Source: Octopus bimaculoides
Lineage: Eukaryota
Assembly: GCF_001194135.2 (NCBI RefSeq)
Contig: NC_068992.1
Span: 22,874,066 to 22,933,728 of the forward strand
Direction: 5' to 3'
Length of the DNA: 59,663 bases
A program made the position numbers and the translations under genes. Below, piece after piece: positions 41,010-54,599 of the stretch. Each line of letters opens with the position of its first letter. Position 1 is the stretch's first letter. The notes beneath the pieces are model-generated. The model was not told the DNA's origin. It made no database searches and worked only from the letters and a program-made list of their open reading frames with translations.

Positions 41010-41200
41010 AGAGGCGCCTTGCGTAAAATTCCGAGCGGAGGTTTTCCGAATTTTCGCTTTCGATGTTCAAATTCCGTCGAAGTCTTCTTTCCTTCTTATT
41101 CTTCTGTGGGTCGATAAAATAAATAGAACTTTAACACTGGTGGGAATTTAATCGAGTGGAAAAACTCTCAAATTTGCTGGGCTTGTGCCACAATCGGAAA
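41010..41200 (+). mobile_element. Decayed SINE family A copy
   Basis: gttcaaattccgtcgaagtc...gggtcgataaaataa...aaatttgctgggcttgtgcca. Confidence 0.7.
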
Positions 41201-41823
41201 TAAATTTTTAAATCTTCAGCTTGCAGATATATCTTTCCGCTATATAAAAATCCTCATATAAGTTTTCTGCTATTAACAACAGTTTCTAACTCGTTGGAAA
41301 TTGCCATACACAGAATAAAGTTATATACATTTTATAGCCTAATGAGGATATGTTAGCATTTCCAGTCGTAGTGCTTGTGGAGTTTTAAGCTCCTATCATG
41401 GCAGTTTGATTTATCCCCCATTAGTCGATTTCCTTTCACAACCGATAATTCCTTTACACTGAAATCATTAACAGTGATTCAAAATATATTGTTTTACCAA
41501 TACGTATTTCCTTTATGCTGTGACATTTTAGATAAAGTATTATTTTTACAAGTTAAGGAAGACAATTTTAAAATCCTAAATCGTAATTAATTTTAGTTTA
41601 GTTTTCATGAGATGTGCGTGGGATACAAAGGCGATAATGGCCACGCACCAGATGGAACAGTTTGAAGTCCATTTAATTTTATATATCATTTAAATAAATC
41701 ATATCGATAAGGAAATCTAAGTTGTGATGCAGAAGATGCCTACCCGAGAAATAGATTAAATAATTATACACTGGTATATTTTCTGCCTCAGTTATTATGC
41801 ATACACGCACATGTACATAGCTA

Positions 41824-41878
<55 letters not shown>

Positions 41879-42599
41879 TGTATATATATACATATACACG
41901 CACACATATATTTATAAAAGTATATATACACGTGTGTGTGTGCGTGTGTGTATGTGTGTATTATTATGCGAAAGGAATTTTATGGCGCTTTTACTTGTCT
42001 ATCGAAGTGTTGTCTTGGAAATGAATTGGTTTCAATGAATTATGTATAGGATACGGCAGATGTTTACTTTAATGAATGTCCATAGATATTAAATATTGTT
42101 ATCTCAGAAACAGCCATGATAACATTTCAATTCGTGTCAATTATCATCACATTGTAAACCAATTCCATCATTTTTTGCTGCTAATAATTTTCACTTTCTG
42201 TAGAAATGCTCATAAAAAATAAAGCGTAATTTAAGTAACTACTGTCGCAAAACAATAAACGAAGACAAAATTGAAATATTAATATATAAATTAAATTTAT
42301 TCATCGCATGCGTGAACGCGTGACACAATTTGCTACTAGTCTGCTGAGGGCAAATATTAGAGTAGACACCATATGCTCACATATTTACACACACACACAC
42401 ACACGCACACGAACATGCGCGCGGGTACACACACATATTTATGTGGATATGTCTACTTCTATGTTAATTTTCCCATACATCTACAGGGACAATTGTTTGG
42501 CACAACGATACTCTCGTTTCTTCAAAGGACGCGGTATTTTGAATCGTCTAATCAATTGGACTTAGGATGACGGAGACTAGGCATCTGCAGAAGTGTTAA

Positions 42600-43070
42600 T
42601 CCACTGACCGCAATGTCAACTTATTTCCAACCGGAGGGCCATCTCGATGTTTTCAGTGTCTCTATGTTGTTTTCGATGTATAAAATTCTGGTCACTCCTC
42701 TATACACCGGGTTTCCACAGGTCATTAATGTGTTATCTTGGCTGCCCACCTTTATTTGGAAACTCCTACTCACATACGTGCAACAAACGTACAGCGGCCC
42801 CTGGTATTTAGCTCTGCTCCGCTCTTTTACTTTCTTCAATTATTCCAATTAGCTCCATTAGCATTCACTTCCTTTTTTGCTTTCAAATACCAAAATTATA
42901 TCGATCTTACAAGGGTCTAGACTGTAGACTCTAGATCATAGGTTTTCACATTTTTGGTTGTTTCTCTAGGTCAATTTCCATCTCCCAGGCATATACCACC
43001 AAGTCTTACACCTCAGAAATTCCTGGTGAGTGTCCGACATCCTGGTAGACCTATACGAGTGAGGCACAGC
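42600..43070 (-). mobile_element. Possible Gypsy LTR-retrotransposon integrase C-terminal fragment
   Basis: ORF 42839-42621 RAKYQGPLYV...SRSFQIKVGSQDNTLMTCGNPVY resembles the GPY/F module (P.YQGP..V......F.I.VG...D.V....LKP.Y). Confidence 0.4.
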
Positions 43071-43369
43071 TTTTGTTAAAGCATGTATCTAGGAGAAGGA
43101 CACTTTGAAAAAAAAGACTAGATATGCAGGGTGTGACATTAGATATTTTGAAGAAGTTTTGTTTGAAATCAGGGCACTGCCACATTCCAGACGCTCGGGT
43201 TCATATAGTTACTGGGTATATTGCTTCGGCTTGTCTCTGGATTATGTCAATTGTGTGCGGAGGCGTGTGGAGGGGGGGGGGCTGTGCAAGCCATAAATAA
43301 ACAGACAGGAAATTTTAACTCCACTACGGATGTATAGTGAATTCTTCGTAATGTTTTCTTCTAAATCTG

Positions 43370-43587
43370 GAAACAGCAAACTGGTAGAATCGTTAACACG
43401 TTGGGGAAAAATGCTTAGCGACATTTCCTCCGTCCTTACGTTCTGAGTTCAAACTCTGGCAAGTTTAACTTGACCTTGCACCATTTCGGAGTCGATAAAT
43501 TAATTACCCATTAAACCTTTGGGTCAATGTAGTCGGCTTAAACCCTGCCTTGAAATTGCTGGTCTTGTGCCAAAATGGGAAACCAAT
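43370..43587 (+). mobile_element. SINE family A copy
   Basis: ggtagaatcgttaacacg...aaatgcttagcgacatttcc...cgttctgagttcaaa...cggagtcgataaatt...ggtcttgtgccaaaat. Confidence 0.82.
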
Positions 43588-44016
43588 ATGTCTTATGTAT
43601 GTCCAACAATATACTTTTCGTTTCTTTTCATATGCCTTTAACCGGTGAATAAGATAAATATCGGTATATGAAATCAATAGTAATGACAAACGCTATCCAT
43701 TATAATCTGCTTCTCTTGAGTCAAATAAGGTAATAATTATGGCACGTGATTGTTATTATCTTTGAAACATTACACTTTTTAAGCATTGCCAATTAATAGT
43801 CTAAAACTGATGATAATTTTGGAAGCATTATGTATTTCTTAAGCACACAGGTCGAAGCACGCAGTAAGTCATTGCCTTTGTTAGACTCGACAATAACCTC
43901 TAAATTACTAAATATCTCATTGTAAAATTAAGTGATTTGCACTTGAGCATTCCACATACACAAATAATATTTATGCCGTTGACAATTATTGTGATCAAAT
44001 GTAATAAGAATTGAAA

Positions 44017-44062
<46 letters not shown>

Positions 44063-44149
44063 TTGTTTGAGTGTCTGTGATAGATGATATATGGCACTTA
44101 TATATGGCATTGCATGGAAGGAACATGTGTAGTGTGTGATCGTCGCACT

Positions 44150-44620
44150 GACAGAGAAAGTTAAGTAGAGAATTGGCATCAAATTTTGCAAACAGTCTGG
44201 AGATATTTCTCAGAGACCCACACACACTCACAGAAAGTGGATGGAGAGGGGTGTATGAGGCGCATGCGAGTGTACGAATGGTTCAGACATTTCCAAGTTA
44301 GCCGAAAAAGATGTCGATGTTGACGAACGTTCAGGCTGACCCGCAACCAACAGAACTGAGAAAAACATCGCAGGTATGCGTGCAGCTCTGAGGAGATATG
44401 ACCGAATCACCATCCATGAGATATCAGTGGCTATGGAGACTAGTTACAGTCCGGTTCAGTTCATTATCACCAAAGATTTGGGTATGAGATGCGTGCATGC
44501 CAAGTTTGTGCCAATACTAATTTCAGCTGACAAAATGGACACTCGGGATTCAGTTGCAGAATATCTCCCTGATTATGTCGAGAACGTGGACGACATTTTG
44601 AAAACTTTTGTAGCAGATAT
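44150..44620 (+). mobile_element. mariner (DD34D) transposase N-terminal remnant
   Basis: RIGIKFC...DVDVDERSG*PATNRTEKNIAGMRAALRRYDRITIHEISVAMETSYSPVQFIITKDLGMRCVHAKFVP is the canonical mariner HTH/WVP region; truncated at a (TA)n tract and gap. Confidence 0.9.
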
Positions 44621-44744
44621 TATTGCATATAAATATATCTATATATTACATATTATATATANNNNNNNNNNNNNNNNNNNNNNNNNNNNNNNNNNNNNNN
44701 NNNNNNNNNNNNNNNNNNNNNNNNNNNNNNNNNNNNNNNNNNNN

Positions 44745-44789
<45 letters not shown>

Positions 44790-45337
44790 TAGATAGATAG
44801 ATATATACATATACATGTAGATATATATATATAAATATATATATATTTATATATGTATATATACATATATATATGAGTGTGTGTGTGTGTGTGTGTTTGT
44901 GTGTCTATAGGTACACATATGTACATACCTTCATACGTACACATATATATCACAGCTTCATATGATAGTATTCTGTGATGAGGTTAGTTTATAAATTTGG
45001 AAATAAAAGATTTGTTGAAAAAAATTTCCAATTGTTTTGTGAAATTGCTATTTTAATAATGCATAAAATATATTTTTCATCTATCGTCCATTTTGGGATC
45101 TTTCAATGATTTAATAATTTCACCAAACATATAGTTCTTCTTTCTTTAGACCGTTTTCTCTAATTATTGGAAGTTTAAAAAATGTTGCGTTGTTATGCTT
45201 ATATCTCCGACTTTCTCACTGTATGTGTGTACTTTTGTGGGTGTATTCCTGTATGTTCATGTAGTTGTGTATTTGCGTGTGTGATTGTGGTTTGTTTACA
45301 AAATTGCTTCAATCTATCTATCTATATATATATATAT

Positions 45338-45495
45338 CAGGCGTAGAAATGGCTGTGTGGTAAGAAGCACCTGGTTAAGATGTCAGCCCAACTGCGTGGG
45401 AACTTCAGCAAGTGTCTAGTGCTAAAGCCACTAGGTGACCAAAGCCTTGTTAGTGGATGTGTTAGACAGAAACAGAGAGAATCCCATCGTACATA
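45338..45495 (+). mobile_element. SINE family C 5' half (tRNA-like head)
   Basis: ggcgtagaaatggctgtgtggtaagaagc...gcaagtgtct...gaccaaagccttgttagtggat..tagacagaaac; continues into (TA)n and a gap. Confidence 0.82.
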
Positions 45496-46329
45496 CATAT
45501 ATATANNNNNNNNNNNNNNNNNNNNNNNNNNNNNNNNNNNNNNNNNNNNNNNNNNNNNNNNNNNNNNNNNNNNNNNNNNNNNNNNNNNNNNNNNNNNNNN
45601 NNNNNNNNNNNNNNNNNNNNNNNNNNNNNNNNNNNNNNNNNNNNNNNNNNNNNNNNNNNNNNNNNNNNNNNNNNNNNNNNNNNNNNNNNNNNNNNNNNNN
45701 NNNNNNNNNNNNNNNNNNNNNNNNNNNNNNNNNNNNNNNNNNNNNNNNNNNNNNNNNNNNNNNNNNNNNNNNNNNNNNNNNNNNNNNNNNNNNNNNNNNN
45801 NNNNNNNNNNNNNNNNNNNNNNNNNNNNNNNNNNNNNNNNNNNNNNNNNNNNNNNNNNNNNNNNNNNNNNNNNNNNNNNNNNNNNNNNNNNNNNNNNNNN
45901 NNNNNNNNNNNNNNNNNTGTGTGTGTGTATGTGTGTGTGTGTGTGTATGTGTGTGTGTGTGTGTGTGTGTGTATATACATATATACAATTCAATTACTTA
46001 ATATATCTATTTAACTTTTCATATCTCCACTACTTTACGCTAGTAAGTTCAAAACAAAAATATGAAGAAACAACGTTAGAAATCATTTGTGTGTGTGTGT
46101 GTGCGTGTGTGTGTGTGTGTGTATCAATATATATATATATATTAACTTTGTCATTTTTTTCGTTTCCTTCAGGTTCTTTACGTATTTCAGTCGTTTTCCC
46201 TCGCTTGTTTAAGTATTTCATGATATTTGCCTGGTTGCCCAGTACTTATGACACATCAAGCAATTTAAATTGCTTATATACAATACATATATACAAACAT
46301 GTCTACATACATACATACATACAGAAAAT

Positions 46330-47660
46330 GTCACCAAGGTATTATCTACCAATGAGACATGCTGTTGTAGATAGGACGCTATATAATGAGCTACATCGGA
46401 ATGTTATATATGTCTGAAAAGTGTTTGATGTCGTGATGCCATATACTCTGATGGATGATTGATGCTAGTGTGAAACTATCCACCAGGTGACCATGTATTC
46501 TTCGATGGTTTTAATATTTTTGTCTTGTGAAGTATGAGCTCTGTGTAAAATAAATGACGACGAATAATCCATTCTTTTTTGTCTATTTTGTAGTTTATTG
46601 TCGTTGCTGTCTGAATATTAGAGACATTCAAGTGGTAGTAAGTTTGTTGAAGGAAGAATATAATATAGTGTATGTATGACATTATTATTGCTTCTTTCTG
46701 ATAGAAAGCTGTGGAACAATTGAATGTTTTCTAAATAATTTTCGCAATGTATTCTTATGTTTAATTGCATTCTTCATATATTATGAATGTTCCCAATATG
46801 TTCTTTATAGCTCCAAGTCATTTTATATTGTCACCGTGTATATGTTTTTAATAGTGAGCATGATTGATGATTTTATTTGATAATCTCCTGTGCTGCAGAT
46901 ACGAACGAAGTGAATGAATTTGTTAAGTACCTCTTTGAATAAGTGGTTATTTTCGCTGTGATAAAATAACCGGGCAGCACTTTCATCTGCATAATGGGCG
47001 GACGGAAATGAGAAGACATACACGTAGAAAGTTCTAATACAGTGTCTGATGCCACAACGAATTTTAAACCTACTTCAAAAAATAAGCATTTACCGAACAA
47101 GTGCAGTGTTCTGTCATTCTCAAGTTTATATTTCCCAGTTTAGTTTATATGTCCCACATATCTCCAGTAAAAACATTGATTTTCTTTCCTTTATTTTATC
47201 GAATGATTGTATGTATTATAGGGCCCTGGCTTTGGGCATTCCACTTCCTTTTCCGATATATTTGTAGCCTTTCCCAGTACCGTTTCCCCATGAATTACAT
47301 TTTTCTTCAAACATTTCCCCTTCACGACTCATTGGATTTATGCCTAGCACATGAATTTGTTTGCATGTAAGTTGTCTGTATTTATTTCTTTTACGATATA
47401 TTGTATTTCATCACTGAATATCAAGATAATGTTTAGTTGTCCATTTGTATCTAAATTGTACCCTGTCTACATTGAAAAAACTTTAAGATATTTATGGCCA
47501 TTTTTGAAGTATTTGTTATTTCAGGTTTGGCAGATTCATTGCCTCCCCGCAACCGAAGTATGTGTTCAAACACCTGATAATATATGCTCCAAAGGAATGA
47601 GGAAGTTACATAAATATAGAAACCAAGTAATACAGATAACGCCATGTAGGGTCTGGGAAT
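46330..47660 (-). mobile_element. Heavily decayed Penelope-like element (RT, thumb, GIY-YIG remnants)
   Basis: In the expected order on the minus strand: YIGKGSGMPKA (G..MG motif), LFYHSENNH, FIHFVRICS, KNAIKHKNTLRK, HTSINHPSEY; many stops. Confidence 0.5.
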
Positions 47661-47871
47661 AGTATCAAACCTCTACAATTATAGATGCACAGGGACGAAA
47701 ACGATCGCATACTGGCAAATACATAATCACAACACATGTTAATAAATTAGACAAGATAATAATATTACAATTTCTGCATGTATTTATGTAGAACACTTTC
47801 GTTACACTACTACATCAAACAACTGAAATTTTTTATGCTCACAGAGAAAGAGTAATAATAATAATAAAGAC

Positions 47872-47988
47872 GAGTTTTATCCTTTCAGGGTCGATAAATT
47901 CAGTACCAGTTGCGTACTGGGGTCGATCTAATCGACTGGACCCCTCCCCTCCATATTTTGGGCCTTGTGCCTAGAGTAGAAAAGAACA
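47872..47988 (+). mobile_element. SINE family A 3' half
   Basis: atcctttcagggtcgataaattcagtaccagttgcgtactggggtcgatctaatcgactgg...gggccttgtgcctagagtagaaaagaa. Confidence 0.88.
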
Positions 47989-47989
47989 A

Positions 47990-48005
47990 TGATGTCAACG
48001 ACGAC

Positions 48006-48053
<48 letters not shown>

Positions 48054-48068
48054 AGTAGTAGTAGTAGC

Positions 48069-48116
<48 letters not shown>

Positions 48117-48307
48117 CAGAAGAAGAAGAAGAAGAAGAACAAGAACAAGAAGAAAAGAACAAGAAGAACAAGAAGAAACAGGAGGAGGAGGAGGAAGAAG
48201 CAGAAGAAGGAGGAGCAGTAGAAGAAGAAGACGAAGAAGAAGAAGAAGAAGAAGAAGAAGAAGAAGAAGAAGAAGAAGAAGAAGAAGAAGAAGAAGAAGA
48301 AGAAGAA
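47990..48307 (+). repeat. Compound trinucleotide array (GAC)(GAT)n(AGT)n(AAT)n(GAA)n(GGA)n(GAA)n
   Basis: Directly visible; abuts the SINE tail. Confidence 0.97.
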
Positions 48308-51300
48308 CGTATGTTATGTAAAAGAAGAGGCCCCTACTAAAGATAACGAGAATGATTACCATATTAAATGGAATTAAGCGTGGCAGATTAAATTTTCCAG
48401 CTTTGAAATTTAATGATGTGCTGAAATGTATATATAGGCATTTTATTAATTATACTTATAATCTGTGATATCATAGAGAGATCATTCTTCACTGAAATAT
48501 TACATATTCAGTGTAATACAAAGTGAAAATAAAGAGAACTATAGTGGAAACAAAGAATGAAAGGGTAGCATGTTGTTATTGTTTAGATCGGCCAGTTCCT
48601 TTGTGTTCCCTCTTTTACTTGTGAGATCGATACAATCGATGTTCGGCTTAAAATTCTGTACGTTGAAGCCTACAGGGAAATAAACTTAATCATTACAAAG
48701 GAAATATAATTCAAGCTGAGAAGATCTACAGATTGTAAGAAAATAAATATAACATATAATCAATACGATATTGGGGAATTTAATAGATACACACTGTAGA
48801 TCAAATAATATAAACAGAAAACTGAAGGCTTAGAGAAAATGAAAAGGATTTATATCAGCAACTGAAGTGCAGGGAAGAACATCAAAACATACTGGGCAAA
48901 CATTTGAACTAACACATTCAGGTAAAGTGGATGCAGCGGTTACATGGATAATAAATAAGACTACACTTACGTTGCAAACCGTAAATAGTGAAAGAAATAA
49001 CGAAAATAACAAACTAGAAAGTCTAGGTGGAGAAGTTCTTATAGACTTCTAGTTAGAAATTGTTTATACGTATACATTTGCTCACAACATGTCGACCATT
49101 ATTTAATAAAGTTATCGGTAAAGATAGCAACAGGAAGAAATTCATAAGCAAAAACAATAGCGTAAATACGGGAGTGAGGTTCACAACTACATGGGTATTA
49201 CTTGTTTATATACCGTGAACAAAATTTTGTAGCTAGGGCTTGAAATTAGAATTTAATATACAATCTAGCAATATGTAACAGAATGATCATCCATATAATT
49301 AAAAGGTTTCAAAGTGAAGGAGAAAGACACAAGTGGATTTCTTTGCTATAGTCTGTTCAATGGTAAGGCAGTCGTTTGTTCGCATGAAGTTTACGATGCA
49401 TTGATATACCAACTGTTATGAGCAAGATAAGTTATTAGACTATTTTGTTTCCAACAAGTAACACAATGTAAATTGACAGGAGAAATATATGTCTATAGTT
49501 GCTGATAAATTTACAAAAGTCAATGTAACTATTGAGTTAGATATTACAAGAAACACTGACAAACTGGAAATCACGTCTTCTTATCTTAGACACAATGAAA
49601 GGAAACAACAGATATGAGACATCAAGTGTACGATATTCTACAACCACCTGAAATGGATAAAAGTAAATTTGTGGAACAAATTGATTTCAATGGAGAGCTC
49701 GTTAACAATTCACAACGGTTTATTCTCAATAAGCGTTCATATTTCATGGAATGTGCCAATGAAATAATGAAGTAGATAAGCAAGCAATATAAAATATTCA
49801 GTACACGTAGAAATGATACACATCAGATCAGAAATTCTAGACAAATTGTCCAGTAACTGCTTTCGAGTGATGTCACATTCGTAAGCCCTTATTAACTATC
49901 ACATTTGGAAAGGGAATTCTCAGCGTATATGGCTGAGTAATCTTGCACGTAAAATTCACAAAAGAAGTAACTAGGAATGCTTTACATGAGCATAAGATAG
50001 AAAGCAAGGTCTGTTTATAAAAAGAAATTCATCTGAATATGGCAGATACCGAAAGAACTTAAATATAATAATTTAGAATTACGGGAAAGTTTTTAGATGG
50101 TGATTATAAGGATGTTCTACATTGAAATTACAGTATTAAATGCAAACTCACATATACTCCCATTCAAATTGTGTAGGATTGAATACTTAGGATAAGCTAT
50201 ATTAGTAAACCTCTAGAAAAGCATTAGAGTCGCTTTACAAAACCCTAATGCACATTCGGTGCAGAGACCTTGCCACCAGTTCTATAGATGAAATACAATT
50301 ACTCAAATAAATTACATTGCTTTCACTGTGGCTACCTACTGTACATAAGAACAAGGTTTCTATAAAATTATACACTATAGGCTTAATTGGAGAGATAGGT
50401 ATACCGCCTAATGTAATACTGGATACGCTGTCTGACACTGTCTGGCATTAAAACTGGAATGTTCAGTTAGAATGTCTTGTACTCTGGGGCTGGAACATCC
50501 AGAGCTCGCCTGACGCCGAATCCGACAACGAGATAATATGCTTAAATGGCATGTGTCTGTATTTGGCGTTACCGAAGGAAAGTTCAACAAAAGAGAAACA
50601 ACAACAATAGGAACCATTGCTTTCATAGTAAACTTCACTGCCGTTCGAACTATTCAAAGTTTTATTACATTTCCTAGCATCTATATTTTCAATTTCTAGT
50701 TGAGCTGTGATATAAAACATATAGATATCATGCGGATACTAATTATTTTGAGACAGTTAAACATTTTTTTCATCGTTTCATTTATGAGCAGAACATTATT
50801 GAAAATAATATTATTACAGCGTACTAAAGAATCCGTTTCCATGAGTTCACTTTTTATATCTTTCCCACTGGCGCCATGGAGAAAACAAGAAATCTCGATC
50901 TTCAGCTCTCTATGATTTCTTATGATGACGTGCTATTTTCCCAACTTCAGCTTCCATAGACACAAACATTTGAATCAAAAGCAAAAGATTCAGTTGAATT
51001 CTTATTTCAGATGTTTAATGGCCTGGAAGATTTTATCTGGCAAATAGAAAACTGCGAAGAACACATGAAAATTGTATATGTCATCACAGTGTGAAAAATC
51101 CTTCTTGCCAGTCCAGTGTATGAAGGCATTCAACTGGTAATTTAGTCATAAAAATATTTAGATGTAAAATTTCATAGTCCTGAAAGTTTTATTTGCGCAT
51201 GATTGAATATTTCAATGATAACATGCAGATACAACACAGAAAAAAATAAATATACAAATTATAAAAATATGCTACGTACCGTTTCTATCGGTATTGCACA

Positions 51301-52205
51301 TTTTAGTTTAATTTTTTCGTTTGCACATTTTTTTCTAGAGTTTTTGGTTTGCAATTTCGCATTAATAAACTGTGATATTTTCGTAAACAGGATTTGGTTG
51401 GGAAGAGCAAATGGTATTGCTATAAAAACAACCGTATAAAAGAAGAAATGAATAAATGAAAAATGAAACAAATCGAAATTGAAATTTGGACTTGAATCAA
51501 AATTCTAAATAATTTTGAATGTTTAATATAAATTTTTAAAATAATTTTTCTTTTTAATGAAATAAGTTTCCAATTTTAATTTCTCTGTCAGTTTTTAAAA
51601 TATTTTTGTTCTGTCGTACATTTTGGATTTAAGTTTGTTTCTAAACTGAAGAGAGAAGCAACTTCAGAATTTGTTGTTGTAACTTTGGTTTGTACAGAGT
51701 TAGTTTCTGTACGAGAGGGTTCTCATGCTTGACTATGTAAATGAATGTGTGAAATGCACATATATATTCTTGTGTTTCTCCATAACGCATTGTGTGTATT
51801 TTCAACATCTGTTGGTATGTATGTTATTGTGCCAGTGTGTTTATGTAGGATTTTACACATTTGTGCATTCCACTATCTAACTTTCTTTGTAAGTACACGT
51901 GTATTTACATAATTTCTATAACAGACAATTTCAAGTTAGAAGAATGTGATATTAAGTTGAAAGATCAAACAATGAGTGCCACAGAGGTCTTTATCAAGAG
52001 AACGCGATTTCAAGAATGATAAGTTCATGAAATTTACTGCAGCCAATTCTCCCACTCGACTTAATTATAATGTTGCATTACAGTGGTTACCTTATAACGC
52101 AGTGCTCTGCTGCTAGATTAGTTACAGTTCAAAGATGGTCGAGACGCTAACAACAGGATTTCCATCAATACACTTCACCGAAAACGTATGAAAAAGCACA
52201 CTTTC

Positions 52206-52295
<90 letters not shown>

Positions 52296-52739
52296 GTATG
52301 CGTGCCTGAAATAAGTTTATCCGTGTTTGTACTTATCCATTTTCTTTTGCTGGTTCGACTTGTCTTTCGCAATTATTGTGAATTTTTATTTTTTGTCTAC
52401 AGATATATCTGCATTTGTTTTTTTTGTTTTTTTTTCATTACAGTGATTCTTAACTTTCACTTCGAACATTTCGAGACTTGATACACTCTCACTATCTTTC
52501 TTTCTCTCTATTTTGCACTTTTTTCCCGACTGTAATTCTATCATTCGATGACGTTCATCCTGTCCACACTCCATGCGTTTCTCATGACAGCACTTCTGTC
52601 TCTCAGCCGCTTGTCTCACGACATTCACACTGCCAAAACATTTCCAACAGTTTATGGTTCTTGTTTTCATGGAAGTCATCTATTTTTCTTCATCTTCCTT
52701 TTTTGTTGTGTTACTGTTTTGTTTATACACGTGTGTCGT

Positions 52740-52960
52740 TATTAGTGCAACATCTTTGCGAGAACCTTGGCGCTTGGCAGACGAATGAAACCAATGCTTT
52801 TGAATGCCATAAAATCTTACGGATTGTGGAATAAAAATTGCTGATTGCCAGTAAAAGACAAAGTTGAACAGCTATGTCTGTCAAAATGCTTTTTTAGATG
52901 ATTCTCTAAAACATGTACAATATGTGTCCACCATGAAGCATATGTCAATCAACTTTCAAA
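52740..52960 (+). mobile_element. Probable RTE-type LINE RT C-terminal fragment
   Basis: LCENLGAWQTNETNAFECHKILRI resembles YGCETW......L.AFE.WC.RKILRI; followed by KRQS/KTKL remnants. Confidence 0.5.
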
Positions 52961-53174
52961 GGCCTGCTGCAATTTCGACCTCAACTTGACGTCTTCTAAT
53001 GATACTGCCATACTTTCTGAGGTCAAATACCGCCGAGTTCGCCTCTGCTTTTGAGGCGGAGAAAACATGCACATGCACTGGAGTGAACGAAATAAATTGG
53101 CCTCTTTTTCCAAGATTTCAAGCATTGTGTCTATAGTAGAAAGTATTCTAATGCCATCATCTGATTACCATTTA

Positions 53175-53525
53175 AGTTTTGGCACAGGGCCTACAGTTTC
53201 GGGAAAGTGGGTAAGTCGAGTCATGTATGAAACTAGTCCTTATTTCAGCGATCACGAAAGGATCAATGCTACCAATTTTGCCAGGTCACGGCCTTTTTTT
53301 TTGTTACCTTTCTAAAATCAATTTGAAATTTAGACATTAGGCCAGTAATTTCAAGGGAGAGAAATATCGATTACATTGCCCCAGTACTCAAAAGCTACTT
53401 ATTTGATCAAACCCGAAACGATGAAAGACAAAGTCGACTGGGGCCGAATTTGAACTCGGAATGCAAAGGCGGACGAAATGACGCTCAGCATTTCGCCTGG
53501 AATACTAACAATTCTACAAAGTGCC
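53175..53525 (-). mobile_element. Tandem dimer of SINE family A
   Basis: Decayed copy at about 53175-53290 plus a better copy at about 53320-53525 (gatgaaagacaaagtcgactgggccgaatttgaactcggaa). Confidence 0.78.
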
Positions 53526-54599
53526 ACCTCTTTCACCTTCCTAAATATGGATATGTTAAGTAGTGTCAACGTTTCAAGTTTTAAAAGGCGAAGAATACTC
53601 AAAGAGTTGAGATACTTATCACTTAATAAAAGATGCGGCAAAACTAACAAAATCATGATTTCAGTTTCGCTGAAGTATCAAGTATTTTACATCAATTTTC
53701 ACCTTTACTAACATTGAAATTGCGTACAAAACATATTTTAGATCAGCTTCGTATTTGTGTCTAGCTGACATATTAAGATGTGATAAATACGCTGAAATGC
53801 TGGCTAATTGGATGAATATAGTAACTATCTGTTGGAAAGCATTTGAATATCTCCAAAAGAATTTTCTCATGTAATGATGTACAAAGATTAATCATTATCT
53901 TTCAAACTGGTAGGTGTCAAAGGGAAGCAGATAGGAAATAAAAGCTAAAGCGGAGTTAGTTAATGTGTTATGAAAAGAAATTGAAGCAGCAATGCGTCTT
54001 AGAGTTACGATTATATTTAAAGTTCCATTATGTGTGAAATATTCTAAATGGATAAGGATGATTTAACAATGTGAATAAAGACTAAGATATACCGACGAAT
54101 AATATCACAGCAGGCACATTTACTCTCTAAAACATATAGATGGATATCTTTCTGTGAAAATTAGGTAATTATCTAAAAGTATATGTACTTTATGCGGGCA
54201 GTTGTACTTAACGGAATAGAGGTCAGAGTGTTTAGTACAATGAAAAATACATTTTTTTTCTAAACTCCGCCTTTTCACGTATGTATACTTTAAATACGTA
54301 TCTCAGCTTGTTTCTCACATACTTTTCTTTTAACACGCGTATAAATAGAGAAATAGATAGATAGTAGGAGAAAGATACATTAAAGCAAATATGTATAAGT
54401 GTGAGCATGTTTGTGTAGATGTAGATTAGTAAGTATGTATGTACGCCTAAGTGAATTATGGAGGTTTTACCGAAATAAATACACTAGTCAGTGTATACAT
54501 TTTATTAACTGACAAAGGTCAGCTAATACAAACACGCTGGTGATAGAATAGTTTTCCTTTTTAATCCTTTTCCCTTTCCTTCTCTGGAAGCAAATAGCG

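Noticed and set aside
47910-48362. ORFs with poly-Asp/Asn/Lys/Arg/Leu/Ile
   Set aside because: Pure trinucleotide microsatellite translation
51010-51135. SQCEKSF / QCMKAF and HMKI fragments suggesting C2H2 zinc fingers
   Set aside because: No intact C-x2-C-x12-H-x3-H unit or TGEKP linker in any frame
51680-51745. Strong acceptor followed by ELVSVREGSHA* as a possible terminal exon
   Set aside because: No upstream exon can be linked; too short to assess
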